A stretch of DNA of 64,000 bases from Syntrophales bacterium (GCA_963666365.2 CAXXNF010000002.1:96001-160000), one strand, 5' to 3'. Numbered from the stretch's first letter, positions 1 through 10,264 are shown. A program made the numbers and translations. Notes: a model not told the origin generated them from the letters alone.

Positions 1-1829
1 ATTGATGCGGCGAATGTGTCAGATTCCCCGGTCATCGTACCTGTGATAGCAACCGGTGCCGGTGATATCCTGTTCAGCCAATCAGGCGGCGGCTCGCTCA
101 CAGTGACCGAGGCTCGCACCGACAGCGGCGCCGTGACGCTCACTGTTGATGACGGAGAACTGAGCGTTGCACACGCCCTGTCTGCCGGCGCTGCAGGGGA
201 TCTGTATCTGTCTACAGCCGTCTCGGGGAGTGTGGCTGTGGGGAACGCGGATGCCGGTCGCCATGTGTATATCACGACGGAAAACGGCGCCGTCACTGTT
301 GAGGGGGGTCGTCGAATCCGGTTTCGGAGGGAGCATCCTGCTGAGCGCTGGCGGTGATGCGGGAAGCATAGCGGTGTCGGGCAGCGTGAAATCCACAAGC
401 GGCCATATCTCAGCGGTCAGCCGGCAGAATCTCACGGTAGAGGGAAGAATCGCCACCGGTGGCGGATCCATCGATGTGGAATCATCGGATGGTTCCGTGC
501 TGATCAGTAACGGTGCATCACTCTTGAGCAACGGCGGCGCCATAAGGGTCTGGGCTGCGCTGAATGCGGAAGTGACCGCCATCGATGCATCGCTGGGCAA
601 CGCAAGCATTACCGCCGCCGCCGGTGGCTATCGGGGCTGCGGAAGACGCGGACGGCTACGCCGTGAGAGCGAGTGCTCTGAGACTCAGCGCCGGCCAGGC
701 CATTGGAGGGACCGATTCATTTTCCGTTAGGATATACCTCGTCGCCGCACAGGCGGGAACAGGGGATGTGACTGTCGATAATCCCGGTTCACTGATGATC
801 GGAACGGTTGGAGACGGGGAACACCCGGTAACGGTAAGCAGACTCCAGTCTGACGGCGCCGTGGTGTCGCTGTCCGATGGGTCGCTCAGCGGAATCGAAA
901 CCGGTGGAGGCGCCGTGACGGTGGAAACCGCCGATGGGACGATTACGGTCAGTGAGAATGTGCAGGTAAATGGGACGGGACAGGTAATTCTCCAAGCCAA
1001 CGGAGGCTATGTGGTCCGGGATGCGGCAATCATGACGGGCGGCAATGTGGCGCTTTTGGAGTACGTGAAGGCCACCTTCATATGGAATGCGGTGGCGGAT
1101 GCACTGGCCTATTCGCTTGACATCAAATATAATGGCATTACCTACGATACCCCCTGGGTAGAAGACGGAACCACGTGGAGCAGCTGTGATCTGCCCACCG
1201 GTGACTTTGAGATGACGCTTAAACCCTTTACTTCTCAGGGATTCGGAAGCACAAGCGCGCCGCTGCTGTTTACAATAGGTGAAAGACCAGGTGCGACCGG
1301 TCCGTCGGATGCCGTGGAAACCGATCCGTTGACCTTCGGCTGGGATGCAGTAGATGATGCGCTGATGTATCAAGTGCGGATCGAGCAGGCCGGTGAGATC
1401 ATTGCCTCCCACTGGGTCAGAAATGTAAATGTGTTCACCACCGACTACACCCTTTCCCCGGGTGAGTACCAGTGGACAGTGCGTGCGTGGGCGGTGTCCG
1501 GGTACGGGCTGCGCTCGGCGCCGGCGGCATTTACCGTAACGCCGTCCGAGGAGCCTCTTCCGTTCATTCCTGCCGATGTGGTGATAGTGACACAGCAGCC
1601 CTTTACTCTCTCCTGGGATGCAGTGGAGGGTGCCCTGTGGTATAACCTGCAGCTGAAAAAAGATGGGGCTGAAGTTCTCTCCCAGTGGGTGAACGGAAGC
1701 AGTAACAGCTGGACTTCCGACTCGCCGCTTTCGTGGGGCAGGTATGAGTGGACGGTTCAGTACTGGACGGATGTATCTTCGGATATGGTTTTGGAAGAAA
1801 AGGTGTTGTATCTTGTGGATTTTTCGTAG
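1..1829 (+). pseudogene. 3' part of a large secreted adhesin/haemagglutinin-like protein (Gly/Ala/Ser/Thr-rich beta repeats) ending in three FN3-like domains; two +1 frameshifts
   Basis: Frame is open from base 1. Protein-like text passes from ORF 16..357 to 167..730 at the G6 run 303-308, and to 585..1829 at about 625. C-terminal repeats WNAVADALAY / WDAVDDALMY / WDAVEGALWY. Could be sequencing error rather than true inactivation. Confidence 0.6.
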
Positions 1830-1847
1830 GGGAGGAACCCCATAGAG

Positions 1848-3443
1848 ATGTGTAGGGTCATGAGAAACGCGATTGTGACATGCATGGTGATTGCCTTGCC
1901 TGTGCTTATCTACGCGGGGGTCGTCCATGGTCAGACCAGGTTCGTTGCTACCTATGGCGCCGTGAGTACCGGGAATTGCGTCAATACGCACATGGTGGTG
2001 CATCAGACGACCGGAGACATCTCTCTCTGTGGTTATTATTCGGGTTCCAGCGCCTTCGGTGGAAAAGATCTGAATTCCGGAGGGGAGGCATCCCAGGCAT
2101 TCCTCATGAGACTGAACAGCGCCGGAGCGGTCAAGTGGATCAGGGAAATCCAGGGGACGGGCGTGCAGCGCGCCTTCGGCACGGCAGTGGACGGGTCGGG
2201 TAACAGCTATGTGATCGGAGAATCGACGGGTTCCGCCGTGATCCAGGGGGGAGCGAATGATGCGATGGCGCTCGCGCAAGGCGGCACATACATGTTTGTG
2301 GCGAAATACAGCGCCGACGGCGATCTCCTCTGGGCGAGAACGGGTGTGTGCGTCGATGAAAACTCGATAGGGGAGGTATCGGGGAGCGCCGTGACCGTGG
2401 ATACGTCGGGTAATGTGTACGCGACGGGCTGGTTTATGGACTCCGTATCTTTCGGCGAAGAGCCGGAAAAGCAGTACAGCGGCAGTATATTTCCCACCAA
2501 TATTTTTGTAACCAAATACGATGCAACCGGCGAAGTGGAGTGGGTACGGGCGGTAACCGACTCCGACCGGTGCCGCATTCACGGCGTTGCCGCGGCTGGT
2601 GCGGAGTCCGTCACGATAGCCGGAGAATTTTCGGGCACGGCATCTTTTGATGTGAATCATACAATCACTAGTTCAGGGGATAGCGATGTATTTATCGCCA
2701 GATACAGTGCCGCCGGTGCGGTTCAGTGGGCGCGCAAGGCCGGCGGCGCCGGTGCCGACTCCGCATACGGACTCGCCATGGATTCAACGGGTACGACAGT
2801 GGTGTCCGGACGTATCGCTAGGGGCGCCGCTGATTTCGGCGAAGGGGTCGAGGTCGCAGGCTCCGGCGACGGCAGCGGATTTGTCGCCCGCTACGATTCC
2901 CTGGGAACTCCATCCTGGGCGGTGGTGCTCGGTGGCGCAGGTGGAAGTGAAGCCAGGGGGGTATCCCTGGGACAGTCGGGCATCATTGCCGTCACCGGCG
3001 CATTCTCAGGGGAGGTCGTGTTTCCTGGAAAATATCTTGTGAGCCGCGGAGGCACGGATGTGATCGTTGCCTTTTACGAGCCCACGGGCGCCTTTGTTTC
3101 AGCGATATCGGCAGGCGGGGAGAGTGACGATGACAGCGGAAGGGCGGCGGCGTGGCAGGACGCGCTTCTTGTTGTTACAGGTAACCGGGGAACCAATCTT
3201 GAGCCTGAGGGGGGCGTGCTTTTTCTTACTTTTGTAGGCGATGTGTCTCCCGATGGAACAATTCCCGGCGATTATAACCTCGACGGGCATGTCGATTTGA
3301 ACGATGTGATCGGCATGCTTCAAATGATCATTCGCAGCGGCATTGCAGCTGAAGGCGCTATTGCCGGTGATGTGACCGGAGACGGGTATGTGGGTCTTGA
3401 GGATGTTATTGCTGTGCTTCAGAAGGTCGCGCTCCTGCGGTGA
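1848..3443 (+). CDS. Secreted SBBP-type beta-propeller repeat protein with C-terminal dockerin-like domain
   Basis: Signal-peptide-like N-terminus; repeats AVDGSGNSYVIG / FVAKYSADGDLLW / FIARYSAAGAVQW; tail GDYNLDGHVDLNDVI...GDVTGDGYVGLEDVIAVLQ; RBS GGAGG upstream. Confidence 0.85.
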   Translation: MCRVMRNAIVTCMVIALPVLIYAGVVHGQTRFVATYGAVSTGNCVNTHMVVHQTTGDISLCGYYSGSSAFGGKDLNSGGEASQAFLMRLNSAGAVKWIREIQGTGVQRAFGTAVDGSGNSYVIGESTGSAVIQGGANDAMALAQGGTYMFVAKYSADGDLLWARTGVCVDENSIGEVSGSAVTVDTSGNVYATGWFMDSVSFGEEPEKQYSGSIFPTNIFVTKYDATGEVEWVRAVTDSDRCRIHGVAAAGAESVTIAGEFSGTASFDVNHTITSSGDSDVFIARYSAAGAVQWARKAGGAGADSAYGLAMDSTGTTVVSGRIARGAADFGEGVEVAGSGDGSGFVARYDSLGTPSWAVVLGGAGGSEARGVSLGQSGIIAVTGAFSGEVVFPGKYLVSRGGTDVIVAFYEPTGAFVSAISAGGESDDDSGRAAAWQDALLVVTGNRGTNLEPEGGVLFLTFVGDVSPDGTIPGDYNLDGHVDLNDVIGMLQMIIRSGIAAEGAIAGDVTGDGYVGLEDVIAVLQKVALLR

Positions 3444-3467
3444 ACGTAAAAAGATAGAATAGGATAC

Positions 3468-5723
3468 GTGAATATGCCCGATCGAAACGTGGGAATTTTT
3501 CTTTTAGCAGGCTTCTGCATCGTACTTGTTACAGTTTTTTGCCACTGCGTGTGTGGAGCAGAGGTTCGCGTTTTTACCGACACCGGGCAGAATCTGGGCG
3601 CCAGCAACAGTGAGGGAATAGCTCTCGCCGACCTCAACGGTGACGGCGCACTTGACGCGTTTGTTGCCAATGCGTCAAACCAGGGGAACCGTGTGTATTT
3701 CGGGGACGGCGCCGGTAATTTTACCGACAGTGGGCAGAACCTTGGTGCCTCTGCGAGCGTGGTGGTCGCGCTCGGGGACCTGAATGGAGACGGTTTTTCG
3801 GATGCAGTTGTGGGCAATAAGACCGGCCAGGCCAACCGCGTGTGGTTCAACAACGGCGCCGGCAATTTTACCAACAGCGGCCAGAGTCTCGGATCCGGAA
3901 ACACCGAAGGCATTGCGCTGGCCGACTTCAACGGAGACGGAAGTCTTGATATTTTTGAGGTGAATAATTTAGGTCTCCAGGGGAACCGGATACGGCTCAA
4001 CGACGGATCGGGAGTATGTGCCGATGCCGGATGGAATCTCGGCTTGTACAGCAGCAGAGATGTTGTTGCGGGCGATCTGAATGGTGACGGTTATCCCGAT
4101 GCGGTGGTGGCTACCCAGACGGACGGCATTCGGGTCTATCTCAATGCGGCCGACGGCAGCGGCCTGCTGGTCGAAAATAGCACCCCCCTTACCGGAAGCA
4201 TCGGTACGAACAGTATGGGAATCGCCCTGGGCGATGTAAACGGCGATGGGTTCTTCGATCTCTATGTGGCCAACTACGCCCAGGGGAACCGTGTGTATTT
4301 CGGTGACGGCGCCGGTAATTTTACCGAAAGCGCACAGAGTCAGGACTATCCTTTGGGAAACAGAAACAGTACCGACGTGACGCTTGTTGATGTCGACGAT
4401 AACGGTACACTCGACGCATTCGTCGCCAACGACGGGCAGGGGAATTGCCTTTGGCTCAATGATGGGAATGGAAATTTTTCCGATAGCGGCCTGAGCATGG
4501 GTGCGGATAAGAGCATGAACATTGCAATGGGTGATTTCAATGATGACCTGTATCCGGACGCCTTTGTCGTCAATACCAGCGGTCAGGCGAACCGGGTGCT
4601 GCTGAACAGTGTCGGCCTGTTTAAGGCCGGTCCCCAGGATCTGATACCTGTCAGCGGCGACAGCAACAGCGTCATGGTGAAACTGGCCGACCTGAACGGA
4701 GACGGTGCGCTGGATGCATTCGTGGTGAATAATCTTCAAGGTGACCTGGTGTGGCTGAATGACGGAACGGGAACATTCATGGACAGCGGTCAGTCACTGG
4801 GCGGCGCCGCGCCTGGCAGCGATGTGGCCTTGGCCGATTTGAACAGAGATCGCCGCATCGATGCCTTCGTCGTAAACAATGGGGCGCCGGACACGGTCTG
4901 GTTCAATGACGGCGCTGGAAATTTTACGGACAGTGGCCAGATTTTGGGTGCGCTTCTGTCCTCGGGTATGGCGGTCGCCCTCGGTGATTTGAATGGCGAC
5001 GGCAGTCCCGATGCCTTCGTGGTGAATGATCTTCAGGACGACCTGGTCTGGTTGAATGACGGAACGGGGATATTCAGCAGCAACGGCCAGGCGCTGGGCG
5101 GTGCGTCGCCAGGCAGAGCCGTAGCGTTGGGCGACCTGAACGGGGATCGCCACATCGATGCCTTTGTCGTCAACGACGGGGCGCCGGACACGGTCTGGTT
5201 CAATGACGGCGCCGGAACGTTCACGGACAGCGGCCAGACCCTGGGCGGGCTTTCGGCGGGCCGGGCCGTGGTTCTCGCGGATTTCAACAACGACGGTTCT
5301 CTCGATGCCTTTGTAACCAATAACGGTGCGAACACCCTGTGGTGGAATGACGGCGCCGGTACGTTCACCGACAGCGGCCTTGCCGTGGGTACGGGAAGCA
5401 GTACCGGTGTGGCAGTGACGGATCTTAACTATGACGGGTACTACGATCTGGTCATCACGAATTCCGGAGCAGGGGAAAACAACGAGGTCTGGCTCAGCAA
5501 CGGCAAGAGCGGCGGATTTACCCTCGCTTCTGAACTGTCATCACGGGGCGCTTCCTCAGTGGCGGTGGGAGATTTGAATGGAGACGGGACCCCCGACCTC
5601 TTCGTGACCAACAACGGCATCCCTTCAGGCAGCGGCGCCCCCGACAAGGCCTATTTCAATTTCCGTCTGCGCCCGCCGAGCGGCGGCAGCGGCGGATGTT
5701 TCATTACGACAATCGCCGAGTGA
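3468..5723 (+). CDS. Secreted FG-GAP/VCBS repeat protein with C-terminal GGSGGCFITT (CFI-box-like) tail
   Basis: About 14 repeats of ALGDLNGDGxxDAFVxN...VWxNDGxGxFTDSGQ; hydrophobic N-terminus; ends GGSGGCFITTIAE. Confidence 0.9.
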   Translation: MNMPDRNVGIFLLAGFCIVLVTVFCHCVCGAEVRVFTDTGQNLGASNSEGIALADLNGDGALDAFVANASNQGNRVYFGDGAGNFTDSGQNLGASASVVVALGDLNGDGFSDAVVGNKTGQANRVWFNNGAGNFTNSGQSLGSGNTEGIALADFNGDGSLDIFEVNNLGLQGNRIRLNDGSGVCADAGWNLGLYSSRDVVAGDLNGDGYPDAVVATQTDGIRVYLNAADGSGLLVENSTPLTGSIGTNSMGIALGDVNGDGFFDLYVANYAQGNRVYFGDGAGNFTESAQSQDYPLGNRNSTDVTLVDVDDNGTLDAFVANDGQGNCLWLNDGNGNFSDSGLSMGADKSMNIAMGDFNDDLYPDAFVVNTSGQANRVLLNSVGLFKAGPQDLIPVSGDSNSVMVKLADLNGDGALDAFVVNNLQGDLVWLNDGTGTFMDSGQSLGGAAPGSDVALADLNRDRRIDAFVVNNGAPDTVWFNDGAGNFTDSGQILGALLSSGMAVALGDLNGDGSPDAFVVNDLQDDLVWLNDGTGIFSSNGQALGGASPGRAVALGDLNGDRHIDAFVVNDGAPDTVWFNDGAGTFTDSGQTLGGLSAGRAVVLADFNNDGSLDAFVTNNGANTLWWNDGAGTFTDSGLAVGTGSSTGVAVTDLNYDGYYDLVITNSGAGENNEVWLSNGKSGGFTLASELSSRGASSVAVGDLNGDGTPDLFVTNNGIPSGSGAPDKAYFNFRLRPPSGGSGGCFITTIAE
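3680..4327 (+). repeat. 48-bp intragenic direct repeat (3680-3727 and 4280-4327), one mismatch
   Basis: CCAGGGGAACCGTGTGTATTTCGG(G/T)GACGGCGCCGGTAATTTTACCGA occurs twice, 600 bp apart. Confidence 0.85.
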
Positions 5724-5870
5724 GGCCCGATCCGGGGGACGGCGCATTCAGGTGACGATCTCAAGCGCCTTCAGAGAATCGACGAATACCGTCGTGTCTG
5801 TGTAAGGATTCTGAAGTAAGTAACCGTACTCTGCAGGGACATCATAACAGTAGTTTTGGAAGGGGCACTT

Positions 5871-6488
5871 GTGAGCGATCAACCTGTCCGTTATGGGGAT
5901 TTCCTCAAAGAGGTCTCCGTCAATTATGTTACCGTAAGTTACAATGACCTTACTTCAAAAGGAGCGCAAAAACGGGGAGAAAAGATTGAACTCAGGCGTA
6001 TCGATGTCTATCGTCTGATTCAGCCGTATGTATCGGTGAGATTTATCGACCAGCTCAAGGCCCTGGCGCCGCTGGCCATCTACCTGGGGATCTTTCAGAT
6101 ATTCATTTTACGGCAGGTGATTCAGGATTCCTATACCATTGTGGCAGGACTTTTTGCCGTGATCGTGGGGCTGATGTTTTTTCTCGAGGGAATCAAACAG
6201 GGCTCGATGCCCTTCGGTGAAGAAATGGGCAACACCTTGCCGAAGAAGGTCACATTGAAGGCAGTGCTGACGGTCGTCTTTTTACTGGGCCTAGGGGTAA
6301 CGTTTGCGGAGCCGGCCATAGGAGCGCTTAAAACCGCCGGCTCCTTAGTGGAATTAGAGCAGGCGCCCTATCGCTACATCCTGCTGACCGATTATGCCGA
6401 TATGCTGGTACTTGCAGTGGGCGCAGGTGTCGGTATTGCCGCAATGCTTGGTACAATGGGTTTTCCATTTATGCAAAGCTTTGCATAA
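5871..6488 (+). pseudogene. DUF1538-family membrane protein, 3'-truncated
   Basis: Motifs GLMFFLEGIKQG.MPFGE and LGLGVTFAEPA; the ORF ends inside a 48-bp palindrome and is followed by an IstB fragment. Confidence 0.7.
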
Positions 6489-6502
6489 GGGGAAAACCCA
6501 TT
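6455..6502. repeat. 48-bp loopless imperfect palindrome at the DUF1538/IstB junction
   Basis: AATGGGTTTTCCATTTATGCAAAG|CTTTGCATAAGGGGAAAACCCATT; 24-bp arms with 2 mismatches. Confidence 0.9.
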
Positions 6503-6620
6503 TGGCCATCGCCCTTGGCATTGAGGCGGCAAAAGCGCGAAAGAGAGTCCTCTTTCACACGGCGGAAAGTCTTACGAACGAATTGGTGGCAGCAGAAGTG
6601 ACGAATCGCCTGCCTGTTCT
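6490..6620 (+). mobile_element. istB: Fragment of IS21-family helper ATPase IstB
   Basis: GKTHLAIALGIEAAKARKRVLFHTAESLTNELVAA: end of Walker A plus the following helix/strand typical of IstB; no IstA in the window. Confidence 0.7.
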
Positions 6621-6621
6621 T

Positions 6622-6735
6622 CTGGATACGCCCGGCATGGGATTTGTGTATGTGAAAAAGCTCGAGAAGGCGGCCACCTATATCCCGAAAGAAGTACTTG
6701 AAAAAATCAGGAAAAAACGGGGGGTGCATGTATAA
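6622..6735 (+). pseudogene. C-terminal remnant of a P-II-like protein
   Basis: LDTPGMGFVYV resembles the P-II C-terminal motif and the next gene's LNEPHHGIIY; its stop overlaps the next start. Confidence 0.5.
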
Positions 6736-7012
6736 GCTTATCACCTGTATGATGAGACGGCATAAAGCGAGAGCGATTGTTGAGGAATTGCATGGAAGAG
6801 GCATCTTCACGGCAAATGCCAACTCGGCCCGCGGGACCAGCCGGACGAACCCCGGAGGGGTGGAAATAGATGTGGTCACGGTACTGGTGGATGACGGTCA
6901 GGCCGACGAGATTTTTGAATATCTTTATTTCGCCGCCGGGCTTAATGAGCCGCACCATGGGATCATATACCAGGAGCGCCTGGAGAGCGCCACCGATTAC
7001 CGAATTTCATAG
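6728..7012 (+). CDS. P-II-like (GlnB-fold) regulatory protein
   Basis: MYKLITCMM...SARG...EIDVVTVLVDDGQADEIFEYLY..AGLNEPHHGIIY; DUF1538 context. Confidence 0.75.
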   Translation: MYKLITCMMRRHKARAIVEELHGRGIFTANANSARGTSRTNPGGVEIDVVTVLVDDGQADEIFEYLYFAAGLNEPHHGIIYQERLESATDYRIS

Positions 7013-7061
7013 CGGTAATGCCAGATAACGCCGGTGAGAACACATAGATACGTAGAGGAAA

Positions 7062-9173
7062 ATGGACACCACACAAGAGACCCCTTTTATCAACCGTCTG
7101 GCACACGAGTCAAGCCCCTATCTGGTATCTCACGCCCACAATCCCGTGGACTGGTATCCCTGGGGAGATGAAGCCTTTGAAAGGGCGACGGCCGAAAATA
7201 AACCGGTCTTTCTCTCCGTGGGGTACTCCACCTGTCACTGGTGCCATGTAATGGCCCGGGAATCCTTTGAAAATGAAGAGATCGCCGCCCTCATGAACCA
7301 GGCCTTCATCTCCGTCAAGGTGGACCGCGAGGAACGACCCGATATCGACAAGCTCTATATGGCCGTCTGTCAAAGGCTCACCGGAAGCGGCGGCTGGCCT
7401 CTGACAGTCATCATGACTCCCGAGAGGAAACCCTTTTTCGCCGCCACCTACATCCCCGGAGAAAGCCGTTTCGGCATGAAGGGAATGCGCGAGCTGATTC
7501 CTCTTATCCGCAGCGTGTGGGACAATGACCGGCAGGAAGTCGACAGGATAGCTGAGCAGATTACGGCATCCTTCCGGGAACCGGCTGTTCCGCAGAAAAA
7601 AGCGGCTGTTGGTGCAGCAACCATCGAGGAGGCGTTCATTCAGCTCAGCCGCATATACGACAGCCACTATGGCGGATTCGGAAAGGTGCCGAAATTTCCC
7701 ACGCCTCACAACGTATCCTTTCTGCTCCGCTTCCGGCACAGGACGAAACGCGAAGAGGCGCTTCACATGGTCGAACATACGCTCACCGCAATGAGGACGG
7801 GGGGCATCTATGACCAGATCGGCTTCGGATTCCACCGCTACTCCACCGATGCAAAGTGGCTCGTGCCCCACTTCGAAAAGATGCTCTATGACCAGGCGCT
7901 TCTGCTGTATGCCTACGTAGAGGCCTATCAGGTGACGAAGAAGGATTTCTACAAAACAACAGCGGAAGAAATCGCCCACTATGTGCGGTCCGCGATGACT
8001 GACGGAGAAGGCGGATTCTACTCGGCCGAGGATGCGGACAGCGAGGGGGTGGAGGGAAAATTCTATCTCTGGACGAAAGCGGAGATAGAGGCGGTGCTCG
8101 ATGAAGCCGATGCGGCCTTTGCCTGTGAAATGTTCGGAATCGAAAAGGACGGCAATTTTCTGGATGAAATCGAAGGCAGGAAAAAAGGCGTCAACATACC
8201 CTGTCTGCCAAGATCTCATGCCGATGCGGCGCGGCACTTCGCCATGACTGAAGAGGCCCTGCGCCGGCGTCTCGAAGCTGTGCGGGAGACCCTTTTTCAC
8301 AAGAGAAGCGCACGGATACATCCGGACAGGGACGATAAAATCCTTCTCGACTGGAACGGGCTGATGATCGCAGCGCTTGCCAAAGCGGGACGGGCTTTTC
8401 ACAATGATGCGTACTGCTGCGCCGCGGAAAGGGCGGCACAGTTCATCCTTGAGCGTATGAGAGATGCCGACGGCCGCCTGCTGCACCGCTACCGGAAAGG
8501 AAATGCCGGTATAGCGGCACATCTGGACGATTACGCCTTTTTTATATGGGGACTTATCGAACTGTACGAGGCCACGTATAAAGAGGACTACCTGCGTATT
8601 GCCTGCGACCTTGCCGAAGATATGATCGATCGATTCTGGGACGACAAGGCGGGAGGATTGTACTTTACGCCCAGGAGCGAGACGGATCTCCTCTTTCGTC
8701 AAAAAGAGATCTACGACGGCGCTGTCCCCTCGGGCAACTCGGTGTCGCTGGCCAATATGGTCCGCCTCGGCATGCTTTCAATGAATCCCCTTTTCATGGA
8801 CAAGGCTTCGGAACTCATCTTGTTTTTTTCTCAGACGGTCATGGCATCACCGGCGGGAAGCACCCATTTTCTTGCGGCCTGCGACCTTGCCCTCGGCCCT
8901 TCCTATGAAATCATTGTGGCAGGCAGGCGGCAATCGGCAGACACGCAAGAAATGCTTGCCTCGCTCGACTCGGACTACTATCCCCATGTAACGGTGCTGC
9001 TTCATCCCGTCGACGAGGAGACCTCTTCCATCAAAAGCATTGCCGATTTTACCCGCAATCTCACGCCGCTTGAGGGAAAAGCGACGGCCTATGTCTGCGA
9101 ACGGGGCGCCTGCAGGCTTCCCACCACAGACATAGGGCGCATGCTGTCTGAATTCCGGGGACAGTATACGTAA
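7062..9173 (+). CDS. yyaL: YyaL/SSP411 thioredoxin-domain protein (DUF255 + alpha/alpha barrel)
   Basis: [63 protein letters not shown]. Confidence 0.92.
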   Translation: MDTTQETPFINRLAHESSPYLVSHAHNPVDWYPWGDEAFERATAENKPVFLSVGYSTCHWCHVMARESFENEEIAALMNQAFISVKVDREERPDIDKLYMAVCQRLTGSGGWPLTVIMTPERKPFFAATYIPGESRFGMKGMRELIPLIRSVWDNDRQEVDRIAEQITASFREPAVPQKKAAVGAATIEEAFIQLSRIYDSHYGGFGKVPKFPTPHNVSFLLRFRHRTKREEALHMVEHTLTAMRTGGIYDQIGFGFHRYSTDAKWLVPHFEKMLYDQALLLYAYVEAYQVTKKDFYKTTAEEIAHYVRSAMTDGEGGFYSAEDADSEGVEGKFYLWTKAEIEAVLDEADAAFACEMFGIEKDGNFLDEIEGRKKGVNIPCLPRSHADAARHFAMTEEALRRRLEAVRETLFHKRSARIHPDRDDKILLDWNGLMIAALAKAGRAFHNDAYCCAAERAAQFILERMRDADGRLLHRYRKGNAGIAAHLDDYAFFIWGLIELYEATYKEDYLRIACDLAEDMIDRFWDDKAGGLYFTPRSETDLLFRQKEIYDGAVPSGNSVSLANMVRLGMLSMNPLFMDKASELILFFSQTVMASPAGSTHFLAACDLALGPSYEIIVAGRRQSADTQEMLASLDSDYYPHVTVLLHPVDEETSSIKSIADFTRNLTPLEGKATAYVCERGACRLPTTDIGRMLSEFRGQYT

Positions 9174-9251
9174 TTCGGGATTCCTGTAAAGAATTGAGGT
9201 CCCCTTCCTCAGTGACTGTGCAACTCGATCAAAAATTTTTGAATTAAGTAT
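9151..9251. repeat. GGGGACAG palindromic element copy R1
   Basis: Left arm AATTCCGGGGACAGTATACGTAATTC (9151-9176) contains the yyaL stop; truncated right arm GAATTAAGTAT (9241-9251). Confidence 0.85.
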
Positions 9252-9268
9252 GATGCCCTCGTAAATAG

Positions 9269-9505
9269 TCAATCGGTTTCTATGATGATGCCGCACTGTT
9301 CGCAGCGGTAGCGGATTTTCTGCGTGCCTTCCGGTTCAATTTCATCAAAATCACAGTGCTTCCTGCCATACACTTCAAAACATTCGGGACAATACTTCTG
9401 TGAGCCAAGTTCGTCGGCATCGATGGTAAGATGACAGTGTCGGCACCGCAGCACAGGTTTCTTTTCCGGCAATAGCACAAGGGTAAGGTGTCTGCATGAA
9501 GTCAT
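9269..9505 (-). CDS. Small Cys-rich Zn-ribbon protein
   Basis: 78 aa with CRH, CRHC, CPEC and CEQC motifs. Confidence 0.7.
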   Translation of the reverse strand: MTSCRHLTLVLLPEKKPVLRCRHCHLTIDADELGSQKYCPECFEVYGRKHCDFDEIEPEGTQKIRYRCEQCGIIIETD

Positions 9506-9721
9506 AGTACGCGGCGTTTTCTGACGTGTGGGTTCATATAGGCATTGCAATTTCTACAGACTCGTAAAAGACGTCACTACGGTGAAAACCGGCGCCCAGA
9601 GCAACCGGATTTAAAAAAGGGATTTCATTCCCTCTCGAATTGTGAGAAAAATACACTCTTGAGAAAAAATGTCAAGCACTATCAGGATGAAAGACGGCCT
9701 GTTCCGTGAGAGGTTAAACAG

Positions 9722-10264
9722 ATGGACATATGCGACATGCGCTTTCCCCGTCAGTTGGAAACGGAGGGTTCTGATCAAATAATTCGCAGGGAGTTGATGG
9801 TGCACACCTCAAGGCTCTGGTCCGGAAGTAGAATGGATGTGCCGGTCATTTCCATGAGCGAACCGTTGATGACGGCACTGAAAAAGGCGAGTTATGAACG
9901 CCGGATTCGCTATGGCCTCGATGCCATCATTGAAAAACTGGCCGGTGAAAAGCGGGGGATTGCACATGTCAGAAAACGCACCGGCCGTTTCTATGGAGAC
10001 CGGATTTCCCGACTTCTCTTGCTTTCCAACGATGGCGCGGAACGTTTCTATCGCCATATCGAGCAGATGATACTGCAGGTACACGCCCCCAGACTGCTCT
10101 GCTGCCTTCTGAATATCGACAGCAACGCCCTCAGCCAGGCATGTACGGGTAAAGAAGGGGTGATAAAGGCCATTATGGCCGAACATAAAGATGTTGCCTC
10201 CGACATCCTGCGCGCCCTTGTGGCCATAAAGAATTCCGGGGACAGTAGATCCCGACAATTATGA
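9722..10264 (+). CDS. Hypothetical protein, possible divergent L7Ae/L30e/Gadd45 fold
   Basis: RBS GAGAGG; pattern RIRYGLDAIIEKL...RLLLLSNDG...ALSQACTGK..IKAI. Confidence 0.6.
   Translation: MDICDMRFPRQLETEGSDQIIRRELMVHTSRLWSGSRMDVPVISMSEPLMTALKKASYERRIRYGLDAIIEKLAGEKRGIAHVRKRTGRFYGDRISRLLLLSNDGAERFYRHIEQMILQVHAPRLLCCLLNIDSNALSQACTGKEGVIKAIMAEHKDVASDILRALVAIKNSGDSRSRQL
10232..10247 (+). repeat. GGGGACAG element copy R2 (partial left arm)
   Basis: AATTCCGGGGACAGTA, a 16-bp identity to R1/R4, lying in the last codons of ORF 9722..10264. Confidence 0.8.

Noticed and set aside
789..2660. Long antisense ORFs (also 7110..8702, 11972..13159, 17588..18562, 20958..22436)
   Set aside because: They are shadows of well-supported genes on the opposite strand in GC-rich DNA, with no recognisable motifs.
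3680..4327. 48-bp repeat pair as a DGR template/variable repeat
   Set aside because: Only one synonymous G/T difference, no adenine-specific pattern and no reverse transcriptase; explained by FG-GAP repeat duplication.
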